A DNA stretch of 14,331 nt, from NCBI GenBank assembly GCA_043753995.1, contig JAYUVP010000130.1, positions 1 through 14,331 of the forward strand, in the 5' to 3' direction. The translations under genes were made by a program, and so were the position numbers. The DNA is from Fibrobacterota bacterium. Its GTDB lineage: Bacteria > Fibrobacterota > Fibrobacteria > UBA11236. This document shows positions 1 to 6,509 of this stretch, one piece after another (the stretch's first letter is position 1; each line of letters starts with the position of its first letter). The notes beneath the pieces are model-generated. The model was not told the origin of the DNA. It was given only the letters and a program-made list of their open reading frames with translations, and ran no database searches.

Positions 1-47
1 ATTTAACCCACCCAACCCCATTGCCCCCCCCCCCAGAAAGGCCGACC

Positions 48-506
48 ATGAATTCAATCAAACTCACCTGGATCTGCCTCACCTTTTCGCTTTCCCAGAC
101 CCTCGCGGAAACCCCCGCCTGGAATCTGGAAGGGTATTGGGCGCATAGAAATAATCCGGATCCCTATGAGAGCTATGTGCGCTTGCAAGGTGATCGCGGT
201 TTTCTTTGCGTCTTGGATCAAAAGAGCAGTTTTCGCTTTCAAGTGATTGGCGACTCGATTACCACGCCCATGAATGGCATGGATGCCCTGACTTGGTATC
301 CAGGTTCAGGGGATGTCGAGATTTCGGGTATCGAAAAAGGCGAGCCTTATCGCGATCGATTTGAACCAATTGACTCAGTCACCTATTTCGCGAAATGTAG
401 GGCGGAGGAAAGCCTAATTCCGATGACCCAAATCAAACAGGTGAAGCGGTCGCGCACCAAGATGTTCCCAGGAAGATTTTGGCGAGACCTTTTAGGGCGT
501 CGGTGA
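48..506 (+). CDS. Secreted hypothetical protein (152 aa) with signal peptide and basic C-terminal tail ending WRDLLGRR
   Basis: ATG at 48 follows AGAAAGG (35-41). N-terminus MNSIKLTWICLTFSLSQTLA looks like a Sec signal peptide. The TTG at 21 only adds a poly-Pro read through the C11 tract. No family recognised. Confidence 0.7.
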   Translation: MNSIKLTWICLTFSLSQTLAETPAWNLEGYWAHRNNPDPYESYVRLQGDRGFLCVLDQKSSFRFQVIGDSITTPMNGMDALTWYPGSGDVEISGIEKGEPYRDRFEPIDSVTYFAKCRAEESLIPMTQIKQVKRSRTKMFPGRFWRDLLGRR

Positions 507-1231
507 TTTCAACTTTCGTCCTTGAACTTGGTAATCCAAACCCCGCGCCTTTATTTTACGCCTGAATCTATTTTCCTGGCGTATCGCAGAGGTTACAGTC
601 ACCGACACGGTAACCGACGGAGACACGGCCTTGAGCCCAGCTTCATCCGTGGCCACAGCCACCAGAGACCAATGGCCCGCCTTCAAAGGAATTTGAATGG
701 GCAAGTCGGCCACCGATCCCACCAGAGCGTACGCATAGGGCACGGAAAACACCGCATCCTTGGGGTCGGTAGTTGGGGTACGGTTTCCGGAGGAATCTTC
801 GTTTTGAAAGGTTCCCACGACACCCGTGAAGACATTATTTCGCGATAGGATACGGCGTCAAAGGCATCGCTGGTTCCGTGGGGACCGATCAGGAAAAAGC
901 CGTTGAAGTTATAATAGTTGTGATAAATATGAACCCGAGATGGCGACGTGGTGGATACGATTTTTGGCACCCGCCCACGGGTGTTTTTCCAAAAGACATT
1001 AGCCTAGGTGGCGTCAATATTTTCTAGTAGAGCGACATAAGAGTCATACTTATTCCAATTCAGGTGATTCTCTCCGTCGTAAACCGACCACGTCACGCTC
1101 ACTTCCTTGGTGCCAGTCGATCCACCCAAGTCATTGCCTTCAATGAGATGGGGATTCACATCATATATCGCGAGATTCCTGAAAATGGCATTGGAGGCCC
1201 CTTCGGCGCCGCGCTCCGATTCACGCCCATC
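492..1231 (-). pseudogene. Degraded pectate lyase (PL1-like) gene with an Ig-like domain remnant and C-terminal tail
   Basis: Manual minus-strand translation: MGVNRSAAPKG / GASNAIFRNLAIYDVNPHLIEGND..VSVTWSVYDGEN..DAT*ANVFWKNTRGRVPK..SRVHIYHNYY..FDA / RILSRNNVF..VFSVPYAYAL..AGHWSLVAVATDEAGLKAVSPSVTVSVT. These match PL1 motifs in the right order (NxIxRNL, VTxSW, RxPK, HxYxNYY, ENNxF-like, PYxYxL). In-frame TAG at 1004-1006; frameshifts near 854 and near 1200; the WIDH segment is absent. The 5' boundary is uncertain. Confidence 0.75.
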
Positions 1232-1478
1232 ACCGCCAAGAAATTATTTCCCTGCAAAACCGTCAAAGGCAAAAAACGAATGCGTCCCGGCTGATTGTCC
1301 CACCCCAAACCGGAGCCTCTGGCAAGATGGGCACCGTGGTGGTCTCGGCGGCGAAACAATTTTCGGCAGTAATGGCGAGGAGACTTATCGAGAAAAGCCA
1401 CTTGAGGATTTTGCGCAAACGATTCATACCTTCTTAGAAGTCTATTATACCATCAAGACAAGACCTCGAAAGGGCATT

Positions 1479-1826
1479 ATGGGTTTCTCCGAATTACTTC
1501 AGTGGCAATGGCAGGGATATGAGAATTTTCACCACTCGCGTGGGAATTTATGGATTCACATTTTTGCCGTACCGGTTTTTTGCCTTTCCAGCCTTGGGTG
1601 CCTTTCGGCCCTTTTGCATGGGGCTTGGCTTTCGGTCATCGGCGAGGCCATCTTAATGGCCTTGGCCTTTGGCGTGCAGGGCATAGGCCACAAAACCGAA
1701 GCCGTGCCATCTATTCCATTTTCCAGCGCGGGCAATGCATTCGCCAGAATCTTTGCCGAACAATGGATCACCTTTCCGCGCTTTGTTTTGACCGGCGGTT
1801 GGTGGCGCGCGTTAAGCAATAGTTAA
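1479..1826 (+). CDS. Mpo1/DUF962-like small membrane protein (115 aa)
   Basis: Y..FH.S.GN..IH...VP, then two hydrophobic helices, QGIGH..E and EQWITFPRFV, a pattern typical of DUF962/Mpo1-like proteins. ATG at 1479 follows AAGGG. The ORF extension to 1107 overlaps the opposite-strand pseudogene. Confidence 0.8.
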   Translation: MGFSELLQWQWQGYENFHHSRGNLWIHIFAVPVFCLSSLGCLSALLHGAWLSVIGEAILMALAFGVQGIGHKTEAVPSIPFSSAGNAFARIFAEQWITFPRFVLTGGWWRALSNS

Positions 1827-1842
1827 AGCTGCCAAGTTTCAA

Positions 1843-1944
1843 GCATCGCTTCGCCGGTGGGGAGCCGGATGCCGACCGTGCCCAGCGCTTCGCGCGGACA
1901 GAGGGGGTGGCAGGCTGATGGCGGGGGAGGCGGAGCCAACCCCG
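1843..1944. repeat. Cluster of GC-rich inverted repeats (REP-like structured element)
   Basis: Nested stem AGCC-TGCC-ACC...GGT-GGCA-GGCT (1863-1916) with apex GCGC-TTC-GCGC; second stem CGGGG..GGC-GGA-GCC..CCCCG (1922-1944); GCTTCGC at 1848 and 1887. Confidence 0.5.
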
Positions 1945-2006
1945 ATTTGAGGTCTTACCCTCGATTTCATTGCCTGGTCGATATCTTAGGCTTATGCCTG
2001 GTTTAG

Positions 2007-2077
2007 GCTATTGGGCAAATGACCTAAGAGCATGAAAACAGCCTCTATTCAACAGGATTGGACATTTGCCCTATAGC
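2007..2077. promoter_or_regulatory. Two imperfect 7-2-7 palindromic boxes, putative LuxR/NarL-family operators
   Basis: TTGGGCA-AA-TGACCTA (2011-2026) and TTGGACA-TT-TGCCCTA (2058-2073). Segments 2007-2027 and 2057-2077 are inverted copies with 17/21 identity. They lie upstream of the cytochrome b-LuxR pair. Confidence 0.55.
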
Positions 2078-2149
2078 TCTCTCCTGATAAAAGGAACACG
2101 TTCAGTAAGCGACGGAACAGAAATTTTCGTTGTTAAAAAGGAGGAGGAT

Positions 2150-2884
2150 ATGAATGGTGTAAAAGTATTTGATTGGCCTACACGGATTTTTCACTGGTTC
2201 TTTGCGGGGATTTTCGTGATTGCTTTTTTTATTACGAAAACCATAGACGACGAATCCCCTGTATTTGCTTATCATATGTTACTGGGATTTATTTTGACGA
2301 GTATTGTTGTTTTGCGAATCCTTTGGGGATTTTTCGGAAGCCGCTATGCTCGATTTTCCTCCTTCGTATTGAATCCATTCGATCTGATACGTTATTTCAA
2401 AGAAGTGCTGGGAGCTAAACCCGTAATGGACTTGGGCCACAATCCGGCAACCAGCTGGGCGGCTTTATTAATGATGGGCCTCGCCTTGGGCCTAGGGCTG
2501 ACGGGCTACCTGATGACAGGCGGGGGCAGTAAAGAAACGCTTGAAGATGGGCACGAACTACTCGCCAATGCTTTTGCCATTACGGCAATCTTGCATGTGG
2601 CTGGCGTTTTCTTCCACACCTTTAGGCAAAGAGATGCCATCGCCTTGTCCATGGTGCATGGTAGGAAAGCGCCGGTGGATGGGCACTTCGGCATTGAAAA
2701 AACCTATCCGGTCTTTGGTTTTCTCTTCCTTCTCATGGTCGGAGCCTTCAGTGTCTATCTCTACAATCATTACGATAAATCCACTCAAGTTTTGAACTTG
2801 TTTGGGAAAACCCTTCAATTCGGTGAAACAGAAAACGAAGGTGAGGGTGAAAAGGAGAAAGGTGAGGATGAGGAGGATGATTAA
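2150..2884 (+). CDS. Di-heme cytochrome b/b6-domain membrane protein (Ni/Fe-hydrogenase cytochrome b-like), 244 aa
   Basis: VKVFDWPTRIFHW, YHMLLG, RILWGFFGSRYARF, GHNP, HELLA, LHVAGV and SMVHGRK motifs with four candidate heme-ligand His; strong SD AAGGAGGAGG before ATG 2150; acidic C-terminal tail. Confidence 0.9.
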   Translation: MNGVKVFDWPTRIFHWFFAGIFVIAFFITKTIDDESPVFAYHMLLGFILTSIVVLRILWGFFGSRYARFSSFVLNPFDLIRYFKEVLGAKPVMDLGHNPATSWAALLMMGLALGLGLTGYLMTGGGSKETLEDGHELLANAFAITAILHVAGVFFHTFRQRDAIALSMVHGRKAPVDGHFGIEKTYPVFGFLFLLMVGAFSVYLYNHYDKSTQVLNLFGKTLQFGETENEGEGEKEKGEDEEDD

Positions 2885-2904
2885 AATCCAAAGACGGAGA
2901 TCAT

Positions 2905-3441
2905 GTGAATAATAAGGAGCGCAGCTTTATTACGGCGATTCTTTTCGCCATTGTCATTTTAGTCACAACCGACCTGATGACGGATTTAAACGAAGGCGTT
3001 CGACTTTGGCATGCCATTGTGGAAGGCGGCATAGCCATCACCGCCTTTATTGGAATTCTTCATCTTCTGCGTGGTTCGTTTTCTCTGAAGCGCTCGCTAG
3101 CGGAAGAACGTCATCTTTCTTCATTACTTCAAGGAGAGGCCGAGGCGTGGCGCGCGCAATCCAATAAATATCTGGCGGGACTAAGCCAGACTATAGATGC
3201 CCAACTCTCCAATTGGAATTTAACGGCTTCGGAAAAAGAGGTGGCCTTTCTTTTACTCAAAGGAATGAGCCTAAAAGAAATTGCAGGAATCAGAAAGACC
3301 ACGGAAAAGACGGCCCGTACGCAATCGATAGCGATTTATTCCAAGGCGGGATTGGCGGGACGTTCGGAGTTGGCGGCCTTTTTTCTCGAAGATTTGCTTC
3401 CCCCTACAATTGGAGTCGCTGATCCTTCTCCGGCATCCTAG
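2905..3441 (+). CDS. Membrane-anchored LuxR/CsgD-family helix-turn-helix regulator
   Basis: Two N-terminal hydrophobic helices, a coiled-coil-like linker, and a C-terminal LuxR HTH (LTASEKEVAFLLLKGMSLKEIAGIRKTTEKTARTQSIAIYSKAGLAGRSEL). GGAGA SD before GTG 2905; 20 bp after the cytochrome b stop. Confidence 0.9.
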   Translation: MNNKERSFITAILFAIVILVTTDLMTDLNEGVRLWHAIVEGGIAITAFIGILHLLRGSFSLKRSLAEERHLSSLLQGEAEAWRAQSNKYLAGLSQTIDAQLSNWNLTASEKEVAFLLLKGMSLKEIAGIRKTTEKTARTQSIAIYSKAGLAGRSELAAFFLEDLLPPTIGVADPSPAS

Positions 3442-3456
3442 TCCTCTGAAACATTT

Positions 3457-3493
3457 CCGCAAAGCAAATACTCCTTTGCGGTAGGATTTTTTT
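3457..3493 (+). terminator. Possible intrinsic terminator after the cytochrome b-LuxR pair
   Basis: Perfect 8-bp stem CCGCAAAG (3457-3464) / CTTTGCGG (3474-3481) with a 9-nt loop; the T7 run starts 5 nt after the stem rather than directly after it. Confidence 0.4.
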
Positions 3494-3709
3494 GCGCAAG
3501 AGCCCTTTGAGTCTAGCGTGGGTGATTCAAGGACAGAGACTGTACCAGCCGGTACTTTTCTTGGGTTTCCTTAGCGTATTTACAGCTTTATAACGAATAA
3601 CCTAGTGCGTAAAGGCGTGGCTATTCCTTAAATGACCGGTGGTATTCCTTGGGCTGCCCTACATTCCAGAATTCAAGCATAGGCATGCTGGGGAGAAGGA
3701 GGACATGCC

Positions 3710-4885
3710 ATGAAGGTAGTCGCGATCCAAAAGCGCACGGAGAAATCCATCCTATGGGGAGCGGCCATAGCCGCGACACTCTCCTCGGCACTGGTGGCAC
3801 AAAGCCAGCCTGCGAAAGGAGCCAATAAATTCCTGGGCAATATCACTTCGCGGGGACAGGTTCGTTCCGACTTCGGCACTTACTGGAATCAAATCACCCC
3901 CGAAAATGAAACCAAATGGGGCTCGGTCGAAAGCTCACGCGACAATATGAGTTGGTCCGGCGCCGATCGAGTGGCCAATTATGCAAAGACCGCCGGCATT
4001 GTCTGGAAATTTCATACCCTCGCTTGGGGAAGCCAATATCCGAATTGGATCACCGGTTTGTCGCAGGCCGATCAATTAGCCGAGGTCACGGAATGGTTTG
4101 ACGAGGTCAAGAAAAAATATCCCGACTTGCCCATGTTCGACGTAGTCAATGAAGCGCACCCGAATCATGCCCCCGCGCCTTTTCGCAATGCTCTCGGCGG
4201 AGATGGAACGACGGGGTACGATTGGATTTTTAAAGCCTTCCAAATGGCGCGCGAGCGCTGGCCCAAGGCAATTCTGATTTATAACGATTACAATAATATC
4301 GAGTACAATAATGAGGTGACTTGGACCGTTGGCCTTATCAATGCCGCGATCAAGGCCAAGATTCCTATCGACGCCATTGGCTGCCAAGCCCATGACGCTT
4401 ATAAAATCAATACCGCCACGGTTAAAAGCAATATCGATAAACTCGCCGCTACGGGCCTGCCCATTTTCATTACCGAATACGATATCGGTTATAGCGACGA
4501 TACCCAGCAACTCAATAGCATCAAAGACCAATTCACCATGTTTTGGAATCACCCCTCGGTCGTAGGCGTCACCTATTGGGGTTATGTGGTCGGGGAAACC
4601 TGGCGCACAGGCACCGGCCTCATCACCAGCGCCGGCGCGGAACGCCCGTCCTTGACCTGGCTGAAAGGCTATGTGAAAGACAATCCCAAGCCTGAGAACA
4701 AGTTTCCCGATTTCGTGAATCAAGTTTCATCGGGCATTTCGCAGGATGCCTTGATTGGCAAACGGAAAACAATTTCGAAAAACGGAATACGCATTTTCGA
4801 TATTCGCGGCAGGGAAATCCCGTCCTTCTTCGGATTAGCGAGGGAAAGATCCCAGGTAGCGACGGTTTCGTTACCGATGCTTTGA
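3710..4885 (+). CDS. Endo-1,4-beta-xylanase, glycoside hydrolase family 10, secreted
   Basis: GH10 motifs WNQITPENETKW, FHTLAWGSQYP, DVVNE (acid/base Glu), YNDYN, IDAIGCQAH, ITEYD (nucleophile Glu) and GVTYWG; signal peptide; SD AGGAGG; C-terminal IRIFDIRGR tail. Confidence 0.95.
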   Translation: MKVVAIQKRTEKSILWGAAIAATLSSALVAQSQPAKGANKFLGNITSRGQVRSDFGTYWNQITPENETKWGSVESSRDNMSWSGADRVANYAKTAGIVWKFHTLAWGSQYPNWITGLSQADQLAEVTEWFDEVKKKYPDLPMFDVVNEAHPNHAPAPFRNALGGDGTTGYDWIFKAFQMARERWPKAILIYNDYNNIEYNNEVTWTVGLINAAIKAKIPIDAIGCQAHDAYKINTATVKSNIDKLAATGLPIFITEYDIGYSDDTQQLNSIKDQFTMFWNHPSVVGVTYWGYVVGETWRTGTGLITSAGAERPSLTWLKGYVKDNPKPENKFPDFVNQVSSGISQDALIGKRKTISKNGIRIFDIRGREIPSFFGLARERSQVATVSLPML

Positions 4886-4978
4886 ATTGACGGCGGCACC
4901 AAAGCCCGCCTGTCTTTGCCTTGTAAAATGCGCAAGCGGGGTCAAACATAGGCCCCTCTCGGCGTTTAATTTGGCTTC

Positions 4979-5908
4979 ATGCGTTCCTCCACTGAAAATT
5001 TCTATACCGATGCCGTTCAGCGCGCGGTGAAAATCATCGTTGACGGCTTGGACAGGGCGGTCGAGCTCGATGCCCTTGCCAAGGTCGCCTGCCTTTCCCC
5101 ATTCCATTTCCACCGCATCTTCAAGGGCATGATCGGTGAAACGCCTTTGGAATTGCACCGCAGATTGCGCCTTGAACGCGCGGCGATCCAACTCTGTGAA
5201 ACCGGGCTATCTGTCGGCGAAATCGCCTTCGCTGCCGGATATGTAGCCCATGAAACTTTTACGCGGTCCTTCACGGAAAACTTTGGCATGGCTCCAACGG
5301 CCTTTCGAAAAAGCAGCCCCCAAACCTTGGACACCTGTGCATCGCAATCCGATGAAAAGCCCAGAACGGAATTGGCTGCGCTTTGCCGCATCCATTACCC
5401 CTTCACCGAGTCGGTAGAAAACATCATCCCCAAAGGAGTGCTGAAAATGGAAGTGAAAATCGAAACCTTTCCCGAAATACGCGTGGCCACGGTGCGTCAT
5501 ATCGGCCCTTATAACCGCATTCCCGAAGCCTTCGGAAAATTGGGCGAACTAGCGGGTCGCCACGGTTTGTTTAAGCCCGGAGCCTTGATGCTGGGAGTTT
5601 ACCACGATGACCCGGAAACCACTCCGGCGGCGGAATTGCGGTCCGATGCTGCGGTCAGTTTGTCCGAAGCCGATCCTCTTCCCGAGAGCATGGGAGAATT
5701 GCGCCTGCCTGCGGGGCAATACGCGGTGGTCCTCCATCGCGGCTCTTATTCTAGGCTGGGCGATACCTGGCAGCGCTTCATGGGCCAATGGTTGCCGCAA
5801 AGCGGCCACCGCATCGGCCCAGGGTATAGTACCGAGGTCTACCTGAACCACCCGGGCAATGCCGCCGAAAAAGATTTGCTGACCGAGTTGCGACTTCCCT
5901 TGGCCTAG
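4979..5908 (+). CDS. AraC-family transcriptional regulator with a C-terminal GyrI-like ligand-binding domain
   Basis: N-terminal AraC double HTH (LSPFHFHRIFK..GET..RRLRLERAA..EIAFAAGY..TFTRSF..FGMAPTAFR). C-terminal GyrI-like domain (RHIGPY, YHDDPETTP..LRSDA, GQYAV..HRGSY, WLPQSG, EVYLN, LLTELRLP). Confidence 0.93.
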   Translation: MRSSTENFYTDAVQRAVKIIVDGLDRAVELDALAKVACLSPFHFHRIFKGMIGETPLELHRRLRLERAAIQLCETGLSVGEIAFAAGYVAHETFTRSFTENFGMAPTAFRKSSPQTLDTCASQSDEKPRTELAALCRIHYPFTESVENIIPKGVLKMEVKIETFPEIRVATVRHIGPYNRIPEAFGKLGELAGRHGLFKPGALMLGVYHDDPETTPAAELRSDAAVSLSEADPLPESMGELRLPAGQYAVVLHRGSYSRLGDTWQRFMGQWLPQSGHRIGPGYSTEVYLNHPGNAAEKDLLTELRLPLA

Positions 5909-5929
5909 CATGGGTAACTTAGGAAATAC

Positions 5930-6397
5930 CTAGGGGTGCAGCTCCTTTTCGGGAGATCCGAGTGCGAGTTTCAGAATGCATTCCATTTCTCCCCAATAAT
6001 CGTGCTTCTGATCAAACTCAACAAACCCGTACTTTTCATACAAGCCTTGTTCACGCGTCGCGATATAAACCGCCGGAAATTGAAGTTGTCGAGCTAGGTC
6101 GGCGGCGCCAAGAACCAAGTCTTGGCTGATGCGCTTGCCACGAAAGGTTTCGGCAACAAAGACGAAGCCGATAAAGGGTGCATAGTCGCAATCGGGTATG
6201 CAGTCTTCTGCCGTCAGGGTGCAGAAACCGGCGAGTTGCCCCTCCCACTCGGCAATGAGGACTCGCTCCCAATTCTTGAAGTCGCCCTCGCGCATTTTCT
6301 GCGCAAGCCTTGGCCCAGCCACCCAAGAACAGCGGTCGGCAAAATCGGCGACCTCTTTCCAACGGGGATCGCTGGTTTGCAGAAGAAGTATTCCCAT
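5930..6397 (-). CDS. GNAT family N-acetyltransferase
   Basis: Motif A FIGFVFVAETFRGKRISQDLV and GLYEKYGF. The ORF is open to 6493, but the GNAT-like sequence begins near Met33 (ATG at 6397) and the 6493 start would leave only 16 bp to the divergent gene. Start uncertain. Confidence 0.85.
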   Translation of the reverse strand: MGILLLQTSDPRWKEVADFADRCSWVAGPRLAQKMREGDFKNWERVLIAEWEGQLAGFCTLTAEDCIPDCDYAPFIGFVFVAETFRGKRISQDLVLGAADLARQLQFPAVYIATREQGLYEKYGFVEFDQKHDYWGEMECILKLALGSPEKELHP

Positions 6398-6509
6398 CTT
6401 CTCGGAAATGCCGGAGTCGGTGATGGCCTGGCGCACCCGCCCGACCCTATCGGATTTGGCTGCTTCTTGCATAGGGGTTAAGTTAAAATTCATGCGAGAG
6501 ACTCATTAA

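Noticed and set aside
683..970. The 95-aa and 108-aa minus-strand ORFs as independent genes
   Set aside because: They are consecutive frameshifted pieces of one pseudogene.
1107..1478. 124-aa N-terminal extension of the Mpo1-like ORF
   Set aside because: The sequence is Pro/Ser/Arg-rich, lies partly antisense to the pectate lyase remnant, and the recognisable family sequence begins at ATG 1479.
2066..2149. TTG start at 2066 for the cytochrome b
   Set aside because: It lies inside the second palindromic box; ATG 2150 has a strong SD and matches the family N-terminus.
4889..4917. Terminator after the xylanase (GACGGCGG..CCGCCTGTC-TTT)
   Set aside because: The stem is bulged, the loop is 9 nt and only three T follow, which is too weak to call.
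4932..4946. GCAAG-N4-GTCAAA as an AraC autoregulatory site
   Set aside because: The position is plausible but there is a single copy and no supporting repeat in the window.
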